Assembly (NCBI GenBank): GCA_031441465.1
Contig: JANOEP010000011.1
Span: 1 to 64,000 of the forward strand
Length of the DNA stretch: 64,000 nt
Source of the DNA: a bacterium
GTDB lineage: Bacteria; Krumholzibacteriota; Krumholzibacteriia; LZORAL124-64-63
Direction of reading: 5' to 3'
Each line of letters starts with the position of its first letter. The first letter of the stretch is position 1. This document shows positions 48,984 through 58,671 of the stretch, in pieces. A model generated the notes under the pieces. The model saw only the letters and a list, made by a program, of their open reading frames with translations, was not told the DNA's origin and ran no database searches. The position numbers were made by a program, and so were the translations under genes.

Positions 48984-50968
48984 CAGCGACCTCCCGTGAA
49001 GAGGGGGCTGCCGACCATCTCCGGCAGCGGTGCGATCCCGAACAGGGAGAGGAACGTCGGGGCCAGGTCCAGCAGGGTCGGGTCGGTCTTGTCGATCCGC
49101 CGGCTGCTGATGATGATCCCAGGCACCTCGTCGGCGGCCATGCAGTGGTCGCCGCTCCACTTCATCATGTTGTCGACGAACAACGACGCGGGCACCTCGC
49201 CCAGGGCCGATTCGTTCGAGCCGCGGTAACCCCGGTAGTAGCCCAGGACGATGTCCGGGGCCTCGTGCGCGTGCTGGCCGTGGTAGACCTCGTCGGTGCG
49301 GTAGGCGTACTTGATCGCCCGCCGGCCGGTGACCGGATCGACCGCCGCCTCCAGGCCGGCGACCAGCTCCCGCAGCAGGGCCTCGCGCCCGGCGCCGGCG
49401 TCGACGATCCCGCGCGCCTCCCGCCCCTGCAGGTTGAGGTAGAGGCCGTTGATGCCGATGGCGTAGGCCCGGGTGCGGTCCCAGTCGATCCCCGACAAGT
49501 ACGTCACGTCACCCGGCGCGACGCCGGGCTGCAGGACCAGGTAGCCGTGATCGTACAGCCAGCGGTTGACATGGAAGGAGCGGTGGTAGGGCGCGAAGCC
49601 GTGGTCGCTCAGCACCAGCACCAGGGTCTCGTCGTCCGCGCGCTCCAGGGCCAGGCCCAGGGCGCGGTCGCAGGCCCGGTAGACGTCGCGGATGCGGTGC
49701 TCGTGGCGCTCGTCGTCGGGGTCGTGCAGGGGCGAGCCGTGGTCCATGTTGCGCCAGAAGGTGTGGCAGGTCTGGTCCGGGCTGTTGAAGTAGAAGAACA
49801 GGAAGCCGCTCTTCTGCGCGGCGAAGCGGGCGAGTTCGTGGCTCAGCTGCCGCTCGAGTTCCTCGAAGACCAGCGTCGACTGCGCCACGTAGTCGTCGTC
49901 GTCGAAGACGCCCTCTTCGAGCGCCTTGGTGTCGTCGGGCAGGCCCTGCGTGTAGAAGGGGCCCAGCGCCGCGGCCAGCTCGCGCGACCAGTCGGCGGGC
50001 GTGCTGATGGGCATCTCCGGCGCGGCGGGGTCGAGGTTCACCGGCGTGACGTACAGCTTGAACGTCGGCGACGCCTCCTTCAGGTAGAAGCGGCAGACGC
50101 CGCGCACGGTCTTCAGGGCGGGTACCAGCCGGAAGCGCAGCGTGACCCAGTCGCTCCACTCGCCCTGCTGCAGCAGGAAGCGCTCGCCGTCGACGTCGAA
50201 CAGGGCGCTGCCGTGCTCGCGATCCACCACGACCTCGAAGGGCAGCCGCGATTCCGGGTCGCCCGCGCGGTAGGTGTTGGCCGGGCCGATCAGTTCGGCC
50301 CACACGCGGCCGTCCCGCACCGCGACCGGCACGTGGCGGCCGCCGGACATCTCGATCTCTTCCGTGACGTCCTCGGTGAAGTAGCTATAGATGCCGTAGG
50401 TGCCCAGGATGTCGGGCGTTCCCATGCCGGACAGCGTGTGCGCCTCGCACTCGACCGGCGGGAAGTTCGCGGGCATCTTGAAGACCGTCGCCGGGACGCC
50501 CGCCGCGTCCAACAGCTGCCAGAAGGCGGCGCCGTCGCGCAGGTTCTCGACGCGGCTCTCGTCGCGGGGGAACTTCCAGGGCCCGATCTTCCACCAGCGC
50601 TGCGACTCCATGGCCTGGGCGGCCGACAAGTAGGGCGTCAGCGTGGCCGGGTTGCGGTGGATGAAGTCGAAGATGCCGTGGCCGCCGGGGTCCATGCCGG
50701 TGATGAAGTTCGACCAGGCCACCGGCGACTGGGGCGGGATCGCCGTGCCCAGCGGCCGGTAGTCGCCGCGCGCGATCAGGGCGTCGAAGTTGGGCATCGA
50801 GCCGTCGGCGCGGAACCGGTCCAGCAGCTGCGGGTCCATGCCGTCGAAACCGAGGCACAGCACCTTCGGCGGCGTCGCGGCGGTCGCCGCGCCGCAGACG
50901 GCGGCCACGAGCAGCAGGCCCAGGGCCGCGGCCGGCAGGTTGATCGGTCCGGCGCGGCGCGGGCTCAC
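48983..50968 (-). CDS. Alkaline phosphatase superfamily phosphodiesterase, exported
   Basis: Signal peptide, LGFDGMDP, PPQSPVAWS, PGGHGIFDF, LSDHGF, WSGDHC, DLAPT; GTG start at 50968. Confidence 0.85.
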   Translation of the reverse strand: MSPRRAGPINLPAAALGLLLVAAVCGAATAATPPKVLCLGFDGMDPQLLDRFRADGSMPNFDALIARGDYRPLGTAIPPQSPVAWSNFITGMDPGGHGIFDFIHRNPATLTPYLSAAQAMESQRWWKIGPWKFPRDESRVENLRDGAAFWQLLDAAGVPATVFKMPANFPPVECEAHTLSGMGTPDILGTYGIYSYFTEDVTEEIEMSGGRHVPVAVRDGRVWAELIGPANTYRAGDPESRLPFEVVVDREHGSALFDVDGERFLLQQGEWSDWVTLRFRLVPALKTVRGVCRFYLKEASPTFKLYVTPVNLDPAAPEMPISTPADWSRELAAALGPFYTQGLPDDTKALEEGVFDDDDYVAQSTLVFEELERQLSHELARFAAQKSGFLFFYFNSPDQTCHTFWRNMDHGSPLHDPDDERHEHRIRDVYRACDRALGLALERADDETLVLVLSDHGFAPYHRSFHVNRWLYDHGYLVLQPGVAPGDVTYLSGIDWDRTRAYAIGINGLYLNLQGREARGIVDAGAGREALLRELVAGLEAAVDPVTGRRAIKYAYRTDEVYHGQHAHEAPDIVLGYYRGYRGSNESALGEVPASLFVDNMMKWSGDHCMAADEVPGIIISSRRIDKTDPTLLDLAPTFLSLFGIAPLPEMVGSPLFTGGR

Positions 50969-53175
50969 GAGGCACCTCCGTCGGGCAGCAGGCTCCGGCC
51001 GGTCATCCATTCCGGCTTCGCGATGCCGAACAGGTCCAGGATGGTCGGCGCCAGGTCGGTCAGCGCCGGCTTCGTCGCGGTGAACGGCAGCGACGAGAAG
51101 AGGATCCCCGGCACCAGGCGCGGGTCGACGCAGTGGTCGCCCGACCAGCTGCGGGTGTTGTCCTCGAAGACGTCGGCGGTGATGCGGCCCACCGCGGCGT
51201 CCCAGCCCGTGCGCCAGCCGACCTTGTAGCCGACCACCAGGTCGGGGCCGTTGCCGGTGTAGGGGCCGTGGTAGCACTCCCGCCCGTCCCAGACGCCGTT
51301 CACGCAGGTGCAGTGGCGCTCGGGGTCGCGCAGGTCCCGCAGCTTCGCCGCCAGTTCCAGCTTCAGCGCGTCGGCCGCGTCGGCCTCGACGATCCCGCGG
51401 GCCTCGCGGCCCTTCAGGTTGAGGTAGAAACCGCCGAGGCCCGTGGCGTAGGCGCGGGTGCGCGACCAGTCGACGCGCGTCGGCTCGACCCTGGCGCCCG
51501 GGGCGACGTCCGGCAACGGTCCGGCGGCGGGATCGTCCAGCAGGAACAGGTAGCCGTGCTCCCGCAGCCAGGTGTTGAGGTTCACGCAGCGCTGGAAGGT
51601 CTTGAAGCCGTGGTCCGAGACGACCAGCAGCACGTCGCCGGGCCGCATCTTGTCCATCGTCTCGCCCACCAGCGCGTCGGCGCGGTCGTAGAGGTCCCGG
51701 ATGGCGTGGCGGTGGCGCTCGACGTCCTTGCCCGGGTTGGCCGGGTGCGCGGGGTCGAGGTAGCGGAAGAACATGTGCTGGATGCGGTCGGTGGCGTCGA
51801 ACACGACCGAGATCGAGCCGGTGCGCTGGCGGTCGAGCGCGTGGAAGAACTGACGGCGGCGCTCCTCGTGGATCTCGTAGGCCTGGTCCAGGAAGGCCTG
51901 CTCGTCGATGACGCGCTCGTTCAGGGCCCAGGTGTCCTCCGCCAGGCCCAGCGTGGCGAAGGGGCCGTGGAGCTTGCCCAGGGCCACGGCGTAGTGGGCG
52001 GGGTGGGAGATGGCCAGGGCCGGCTTCTCGGGGTCGAGGTGCACCGGGGTCACGTAGAAGCCGACCGGCTCCTCGAAGCTGGTGACGCGGATCTTGCAGA
52101 TGCCGTGAGCGGTCAGGCCCGGTCCGGCCCGGAAGGCCACCGGGATCCAGTCGCTGTTGCGGTCGGCGCCCAGCGTGAACGCGCGCTTGCCGACGCGGAA
52201 GTGCGCCAGGCGGGCCGCCGTGTCGAAGTTCGCTTCCAGGGGCACGCTCAGCGGCCGGCCGTCGAGATCGTCGGGGCCGGCCAAGCGCGCGCGGTAGGTG
52301 TCGCCGTCGCGGACGAGGCGGTTGCGCACCCCGCCGATCGTGTCGCTGTCGGCGACGGGGGCCACGCCGGCCGAGGCGCCGTCGATCGGGGCGCCGCCCG
52401 ACGGGTCGGAACTGTACCAGGAAAAGGTGCCCTGGGTGCCGCGCAGGTCGGGCACGCACATCGCCGACAGCATCTGCCCGTCGACCTTTTCGGGCGGGAA
52501 GGTGATCGGCACCCGCAGCACCGTGGCCTTGACGCCGTGCTCGCCCAGCACCTGCCAGAAGGCCTTGCTGCGCCGCAGCAGTTCGAAGCGGGGCTTGCCC
52601 AGGGGCAACCGCCAGGAACCCAGCTTCAGCACGCGGTCCGACGGCGTGAGCCGGGTGGAGGAGAGCACCGGCAGGTAGGTGTGCAGGTCGCGGTTGAGGA
52701 AATCGAAGATGTTGTGGCGTCCGGCGTCGACGCCGGTGGCGAAGCCCGACCACGCGACCGGCGACATCGCCGGCGTGGTCGTGGACAGCGGCCGGAAACC
52801 GCCCCTTGCCTGGAGGCGCCGGAAACCGGGCAGGCGACCCTCGCGCAGGCCCTGCTTGACCAGGCCGGGATCGAGGCCGTCGAGACCCAGCACGATGACC
52901 CGGCGGGCTCGGGCTCGGCGCAGGCGCCGCCGGCCGCGCAGGTACCGCATCAGCGTGCGCAGGGGCCACAGCAGCAGCGCGCCCATCGCCACGAACAGGC
53001 CGGCCAACCCGAACAGCACCGAACCTCCCAGCGCGAAGCCGGCGCCGGGACCGATGTACGCCGCGGCGGGCGCGGCGGCGCCGAGCGCGGCCATCCCGGC
53101 GACGACGGCGAAACCGCGCCCGCGCACGGAACGAGGTCCACTCCCGGGGCAGGTCTGGGTCGTGCGGCGCGGCAT
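50965..53175 (-). CDS. Alkaline phosphatase superfamily phosphodiesterase, membrane-anchored
   Basis: AYIGPGAG plus TM, LGLDGLDP, PAMSPVAWS, VSDHGF, WSGDHC, DLAPT. Confidence 0.85.
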   Translation of the reverse strand: MPRRTTQTCPGSGPRSVRGRGFAVVAGMAALGAAAPAAAYIGPGAGFALGGSVLFGLAGLFVAMGALLLWPLRTLMRYLRGRRRLRRARARRVIVLGLDGLDPGLVKQGLREGRLPGFRRLQARGGFRPLSTTTPAMSPVAWSGFATGVDAGRHNIFDFLNRDLHTYLPVLSSTRLTPSDRVLKLGSWRLPLGKPRFELLRRSKAFWQVLGEHGVKATVLRVPITFPPEKVDGQMLSAMCVPDLRGTQGTFSWYSSDPSGGAPIDGASAGVAPVADSDTIGGVRNRLVRDGDTYRARLAGPDDLDGRPLSVPLEANFDTAARLAHFRVGKRAFTLGADRNSDWIPVAFRAGPGLTAHGICKIRVTSFEEPVGFYVTPVHLDPEKPALAISHPAHYAVALGKLHGPFATLGLAEDTWALNERVIDEQAFLDQAYEIHEERRRQFFHALDRQRTGSISVVFDATDRIQHMFFRYLDPAHPANPGKDVERHRHAIRDLYDRADALVGETMDKMRPGDVLLVVSDHGFKTFQRCVNLNTWLREHGYLFLLDDPAAGPLPDVAPGARVEPTRVDWSRTRAYATGLGGFYLNLKGREARGIVEADAADALKLELAAKLRDLRDPERHCTCVNGVWDGRECYHGPYTGNGPDLVVGYKVGWRTGWDAAVGRITADVFEDNTRSWSGDHCVDPRLVPGILFSSLPFTATKPALTDLAPTILDLFGIAKPEWMTGRSLLPDGGAS

Positions 53176-53288
53176 GGCGTGTCCCGGTCAAGTGGTCCGG
53201 TGAACGTGGTGGGGACGACCGTTCAGGATAGGTGAACTGGGTCGCGTTGGCATCTTAAAACCAGCGCCGGGGAACCCGGCGACGACGG

Positions 53289-54119
53289 TCACTTCTGCAA
53301 CGCGAAGGCCGCGATGACGCTGGCGGTGTAGTCGGGCTCCTCGAGCATCACGAAATGGCCGACCCCGGGCATCGTCTTGAAGCTGATGGTGCGCGCCCCG
53401 GCGTAGCCGTAGGCGTCGAGGAACTCCTGGGCTCGGTTGGGGTCGGGCAGCAGCGAATCGCTGCCGATCACCAGGATCGGGATGTCCTGGCCGTTCAACT
53501 CGTCGGTCAGGTCGAAATCGAAGCTGTTCAGCAGGAGTTGGGTGAAGGTGATCTGCTCGGTGCGCAGGGCCTGGTCCACGACACGGGCGACGATCGTCTC
53601 GTCCTGGCTGAGCAGCCCGTAATAGTCGGCCAGGTACACGTCGTAGTTGAGGGACAGCTGGTCGGCGACCTGGATCTTCACCTCGCGCGTGGCCGATTGG
53701 CGCGGCGCGGCGTCGATCATCACCAGGCGCCGGACCTCCTGCGGGTGAGCGAAGGCGTAGGTCATGGCGACCATGCCGCCGAAGCCGTGGCCCACCAGCA
53801 CCGGGGTGTGGATGCCCTTCTCCAGCAGGAAGCGGCCGAGGTCGGCGGCCACCGTGGCGATGGTCGCATCCTTGATCGGCGGGGTGCGGCCGTGGCCGGG
53901 CATCTCGTAGGCCCAGACCCGGAACCCCAGCTGCAGGTGGGGCAGCACGTCCTCCCAGATCGACGCGTCGGAGCCGAGCCCGTGGATCAGGACCATGTCG
54001 CTGCCGACCGGGTTGAACGGCGAGTCCGCTCCGGCGGTGGCCATGCCGGATCCCATCGTACCGCAGACGATCAGGGCGACCAGCAGCGGCAACAGCGCGG
54101 TCAGGGTCGCACGCTTCAT
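53289..54119 (-). CDS. Secreted alpha/beta hydrolase-fold protein (nucleophile Ser absent)
   Basis: VLIHGLG, MPGHG, VLVGHGFGG, VGHFVMLEEP. Confidence 0.8.
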   Translation of the reverse strand: MKRATLTALLPLLVALIVCGTMGSGMATAGADSPFNPVGSDMVLIHGLGSDASIWEDVLPHLQLGFRVWAYEMPGHGRTPPIKDATIATVAADLGRFLLEKGIHTPVLVGHGFGGMVAMTYAFAHPQEVRRLVMIDAAPRQSATREVKIQVADQLSLNYDVYLADYYGLLSQDETIVARVVDQALRTEQITFTQLLLNSFDFDLTDELNGQDIPILVIGSDSLLPDPNRAQEFLDAYGYAGARTISFKTMPGVGHFVMLEEPDYTASVIAAFALQK

Positions 54120-54399
54120 GGGGGGCCTTTCACGGCTCGGGACAAGGAGGCGGGTCGTCGGCCGTTTCGTACAGATCGACGACGGACGCCACAACACCGC
54201 CGGCCTTCGCGTGTTCCCGCACCCGGGCCGGTGCCCGGGAGCAGCAGGAGGATCCTGGGGTACAAGCAAGGGCCGGAGCGGGCCGCGGTCAAGCGCCGGC
54301 AGCCGGTCGGGCGCCAGCACCCTGCTAGACACCCGCGTGTCCGCCGACTATCATGAGCCATCCGCGGCGGAGTGTGCCGACAGACCGGGAGCGAAGCTC

Positions 54400-56130
54400 A
54401 TGAAATCACGATGGTTCGTCACCGTCCTGCCGGCCGTCACGATGGCCGTCGTTAAGATGGCCGTCGTCACGCTGGCCGTCGTCATGATGACCGCCGTCAC
54501 CGTCAGCGCCCAACCGGCGCCGCCGGACTCCTCCGCCGCGCCCCCCCGTGCCGCCGTGAGCGACGCGGACAGGATCGCCGAGATCAACCGCCTCCTGGCG
54601 GAGAATCCCCGGAACGCCCAGCTCTACAACGAACTCGGTACGATCTACGCCGACCGCGAGAACTGGGTGGCCGCTCGCGACGCCATCATCGCCGCCATCC
54701 AGTCCGACCCCCGCGCTCCGGACAGCCACCGGAATCTGGGTCTGGTCCTGATCAAGCTCGGCGAGCTGGACATGGCCCTGACCGAATTCGAAGCCTACCG
54801 CAAGCTGTCCCCCGAAGGCGGCCTCGACGCGTGGAAACTGATCGCCGAGGCCCGGCGGCGCGCCGGCGACCCGGCGGGCGCGGCCGCGGCCTACGAGACC
54901 GGGATCGCGGCCTACGGCGGGGTCTTCAACTCCGGGTCCTACGACCTGATCATGGGCCGCCTCGTGCTGGCGGAGGCGTCACCGGACCAGGAGGCCGCCG
55001 GCGCCGTGCTGGACCGCTTCGCCGGTGCGGCCCGCGACCACCTCGCCACGACCGGATTCGTCCCGGCCGACCGGACCGGCCTGGCGGCGCGCGCCCTGCT
55101 GGACCGGGCGCTGCGGCGCAAGCTCGAAGCCGCCCAGACCGCCGTCGACGCCGGCCGTCACGCCGAGGCGGCGGTCCTCTACGAAGCGGCGCTGGCGCTC
55201 GATCCCACCCGCCAGGATCTGCTGCCCCGCGCGGCCGGCGCCTGGTTCGACTCCGGCGACGCGCTGAAGTCGAAGGTGATGGCCCGCCGTGCGACCCAGG
55301 AGCACCCCGAGCGTCCGGACGGCTGGCTGGCCGTGGGCCGCATCGCCGAAGCGGAGAACCGGCCCCAGGACGCCATCACCGCCTACACGAACGCCTGGAA
55401 TCTGGACAACTCGCAGCAACCCGTCGCGGCGAAGATCGGCACCCTCTACCTGCGAATGGGCGACAACGAAAGCGCCCGCAAGTTCGTGGGCGCGGTCGTC
55501 TCAGATCCCGAGACGACGGCGGAGATCCTCTTCCTCTACGGGTGCAGCCTGCAGCGGACCAACGATCACAAACTCGCGGTGCCCCCGCTGACCAGGGCGG
55601 TGGAGAAGGATCCCGGCCTGGTCGCGGCCTGGAAGGCCCTGGCGGTGTCCCTGCAGCAGCTCGAGCGCTGGCGCGAGGCGGCCGACGCCTACCGGCACGC
55701 CCTGGAGTCCGAGCAGGACGCCAAGCTGGCCTTCCAGCTCGGCGCCTGTCTGGTGAAGGACAACCGTCCCGAAGAGGCGATCGACGCCTACTGGCTGGCC
55801 CTGGACCTGGATCCCACCTACACCAAAGCCTGGTCGAACCTGGGTGTGATCCAGTTGCAGCTCAAGGACTACGCCAACGCCTTGATCACCTTCCGCACGC
55901 TGGCGACCCAGGGCGAGGATGTCTACCGCGCTCGACTGAACGAGGGCGTCTGCCTGTCCCAGCTCGGGCGGTTCGAAGAGGCCATGACGGCCTACGAGCA
56001 GGCTCTGGCACAGCAGGAAACGTCGGCCGTCTGGGACGCCATGGGCTACGTGTTCGACCAGCTGGGCGACAAGCCGAGCGCCGCGTCCTGCCTGGAGAAA
56101 GGCAAGCGCCTGAAGGCCGAGGGCAAGTGA
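54400..56130 (+). CDS. Secreted tetratricopeptide repeat protein
   Basis: Signal peptide and many TPR-like repeats (YNELG, HRNLG, AWSNLG, LNEG). Confidence 0.85.
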   Translation: MKSRWFVTVLPAVTMAVVKMAVVTLAVVMMTAVTVSAQPAPPDSSAAPPRAAVSDADRIAEINRLLAENPRNAQLYNELGTIYADRENWVAARDAIIAAIQSDPRAPDSHRNLGLVLIKLGELDMALTEFEAYRKLSPEGGLDAWKLIAEARRRAGDPAGAAAAYETGIAAYGGVFNSGSYDLIMGRLVLAEASPDQEAAGAVLDRFAGAARDHLATTGFVPADRTGLAARALLDRALRRKLEAAQTAVDAGRHAEAAVLYEAALALDPTRQDLLPRAAGAWFDSGDALKSKVMARRATQEHPERPDGWLAVGRIAEAENRPQDAITAYTNAWNLDNSQQPVAAKIGTLYLRMGDNESARKFVGAVVSDPETTAEILFLYGCSLQRTNDHKLAVPPLTRAVEKDPGLVAAWKALAVSLQQLERWREAADAYRHALESEQDAKLAFQLGACLVKDNRPEEAIDAYWLALDLDPTYTKAWSNLGVIQLQLKDYANALITFRTLATQGEDVYRARLNEGVCLSQLGRFEEAMTAYEQALAQQETSAVWDAMGYVFDQLGDKPSAASCLEKGKRLKAEGK

Positions 56131-57197
56131 CGATCCGCGGCGTAGCAACCTGCCTGTGGGGCGCCGCCGCCGTCGCGGGGCTCCTGGCCCTCGGCGGTTG
56201 CGCCGCCGGCTTGCCGCCGGTGGACGCGGGTTACCCACGCTTCACTCCCGAGCAGTTGCGCGCCGACGGTTACCCCGACTCGCACCACGTGGTCGACCGC
56301 GCGGGCTGGATGCCCCGCCGCGATGCGACGGGACGGCCCTTCGGTCCTGGGACCGTCTGCAGCGGCCCCGTCTGGTTGGACCGGCCCGACGCCGTCAAGA
56401 GCGGGGGCCGCCTGTCCCTGGGACCGTTCACCGTGGATTTCGACCCCGAGTACGACCCTTGCCAGATCGCCCCGTTGCTGGAGTATTGCGAAGCCGCCCT
56501 GGTCGACGTCGGCGGCCTGCTGGGCCTCGCGCCCGGCGACAGCCTGCCGATCCTCAACCCCGACAACCTCGACGACTACCTCCAGCTCACGGGACAGGGA
56601 CCCTGGCGCATGATGAGCTACCGGCACGGCGCCTGCACCGTCCAGCCGGTGCCGGTGCTGATCGCGCGCACGCTCCTGCCCCACGCCGCCTACGAACTGG
56701 TGGCGCGCTGGCTCCTGGACGCCAACGGCGGCGGCGCGCTGCCGACCTGGCTGCGCGAAGGCCTCGCGGTCTACGCCGCCGACCTCGGCGTCCACCTGAA
56801 CAACTACATGGAGCAGTACCGACCGGACGGCCCGCCCCTGCTCTCGCCGGGCGACGCCGCGGCGTTGCTCGATGCCGCGCCCCTACCCGATCCGGAGCTG
56901 GACCGCCAGATGCACCGTCGCGCCCACTACTCCGCGTTCGTCATGGTCTGGCGGCTGGTCGAGGACCACGGCGGACCGACCCGCCTGCGGACCTTCCTCG
57001 CGGCCGTCCGCGACGGCGTCGCGCCCGACGCCGCCTGCCGCGCCTCGTATGGCCTCGACCTGGCGGCGCTGGCCGCGCAGCTCGACGCCTCGCAGGGGCC
57101 GGAGCCTCTCGGCGACGCCGTGCAGTCGCGCAGCCCCCACTTGCCCGCTGCGGCCCGTGACGGTGCCGCGCCCGAGGAACGGACCAGCCATGAGTGA
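56127..57197 (+). CDS. Hypothetical lipoprotein with degenerate peptidase-MA-like region
   Basis: Lipobox LGGC; LPTWLREGLAVY; GTG start overlapping the TPR stop. Confidence 0.6.
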   Translation: MTIRGVATCLWGAAAVAGLLALGGCAAGLPPVDAGYPRFTPEQLRADGYPDSHHVVDRAGWMPRRDATGRPFGPGTVCSGPVWLDRPDAVKSGGRLSLGPFTVDFDPEYDPCQIAPLLEYCEAALVDVGGLLGLAPGDSLPILNPDNLDDYLQLTGQGPWRMMSYRHGACTVQPVPVLIARTLLPHAAYELVARWLLDANGGGALPTWLREGLAVYAADLGVHLNNYMEQYRPDGPPLLSPGDAAALLDAAPLPDPELDRQMHRRAHYSAFVMVWRLVEDHGGPTRLRTFLAAVRDGVAPDAACRASYGLDLAALAAQLDASQGPEPLGDAVQSRSPHLPAAARDGAAPEERTSHE

Positions 57198-58671
57198 ACC
57201 GTCCGCCATCCGCCTGCGTTTCGCCCCCAGCCCCACGGGCTACCTCCACGTGGGCGGGGCGCGCACCGCCCTGTTCAACTGGCTCCACGCCCGCAAGACC
57301 GGCGGCGCCTTCATCCTGCGCATCGAGGACACCGACCAGGAACGCAGCACCGACGCCGCCTACCAGGCCATCCTGCGCAGCATGGAGTGGCTGGGCCTCG
57401 ACTGGGACGAGGGCCCCGGCGTCGGCGGCCCCTGCGGTCCCTACCTGCAGTCCGAGCGGCTGGACGTCTACCAGCAGCAGGCCGCGGCGCTGCGCGGCAG
57501 CGGCCGCCTTTACCGGTGCTACTGCACCGGCGAGGAGATCGCGGCCCGCAACGTGGCGCGCGGCGAGAACGAGACCGCCGGTTACGACGGCCACTGCCGC
57601 GAACTCACCGCGCCGCAGGTCGCGGCCTTCACCGCCGCCGGCCGCGCGCCGAGCTGGCGCCTGCGCACCCCGGACGAGGGGGAGACCTTCTGGTACGACC
57701 TCGTCTACGAGAAGCGCGAGTTCCGCAACGACCTGATCACCGACCGCGTCGTGCTGAAGCAGGACGGCTTCCCCACCTACAACTTCGCGGTCGTGGTCGA
57801 CGACCATCTCATGCGCATCAGCCACGTGCTGCGCGGCGACGACCACGTCAGCAACACGCCCTTCCAGTTGCAGATCTACGACGCGCTGGGCTGGGAGCGG
57901 CCCAAGTTCGGGCACATGCCGATGATCCTGGGCCCGGACCGCAAGCGCCTCAGCAAGCGTCACGGCGCCACCAGCGTCGAGGAGTTCCGCGACCAGGGCA
58001 TCCTGCCCGACGCGATGATCAACTACCTGGCGTTGCTGGGCTGGTCGCCCGGCGCCTCGGGCGACGAGGTGTTCACGCGCGACGGGCTGGTCAAGGCGTT
58101 CAGCCTCAAGCGCGTCAACAGCTCGCCGGCGGCTTTCGACTACGACAAGCTGACCCACATCAACGCCCAGCACCTCAAGCGGCTCGGGCCGGACGACCGG
58201 CTCGCCCTCGCCGAGCCCATGCTCGACGCGCGCGGCTGGGCCCTGGACCCGGCCTGGCGCGCGCCCGCGGCCGACACGCGCGCCTACTTGACGCTGGTGC
58301 TCGCCATGCTCGGCGGCCGCTTCAGCGACCTGCGGCGCATTCCCGAGCAGGTCGGCTTCTTCTTCACCGACGACTTCCCGGTCGACCCCGAGGCGGCCGC
58401 GAACCTGACGGGGGAGGAGGTGCCCGGCCGGCTGCGGGCTCTGGCCGACCGGCTGGAGGCCGCGCTGCCGCCGCAGGACCCGGCGTCCCAGGACGTGTAC
58501 GAGTCCGCGGTCCGCGGTCTCGCCGCCGACCTCTGCCTGGAAGCCGGCGACCTGATCCACCCCTGCCGGGTGGCCCTGACCGGCCTGACGCGCAGCGCGG
58601 GGATGTTCGAAGTCATGTGGCTGATCGGCGGGCCGCGCACCGTCGCCCGGCTGCGCCGTGCGGCCGGCTAG
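57190..58671 (+). CDS. gltX: Glutamate--tRNA ligase
   Basis: RFAPSPTGYLHVGG, RIEDTD, CYCT, VVDDH, RLSKRHG. Confidence 0.96.
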   Translation: MSEPSAIRLRFAPSPTGYLHVGGARTALFNWLHARKTGGAFILRIEDTDQERSTDAAYQAILRSMEWLGLDWDEGPGVGGPCGPYLQSERLDVYQQQAAALRGSGRLYRCYCTGEEIAARNVARGENETAGYDGHCRELTAPQVAAFTAAGRAPSWRLRTPDEGETFWYDLVYEKREFRNDLITDRVVLKQDGFPTYNFAVVVDDHLMRISHVLRGDDHVSNTPFQLQIYDALGWERPKFGHMPMILGPDRKRLSKRHGATSVEEFRDQGILPDAMINYLALLGWSPGASGDEVFTRDGLVKAFSLKRVNSSPAAFDYDKLTHINAQHLKRLGPDDRLALAEPMLDARGWALDPAWRAPAADTRAYLTLVLAMLGGRFSDLRRIPEQVGFFFTDDFPVDPEAAANLTGEEVPGRLRALADRLEAALPPQDPASQDVYESAVRGLAADLCLEAGDLIHPCRVALTGLTRSAGMFEVMWLIGGPRTVARLRRAAG

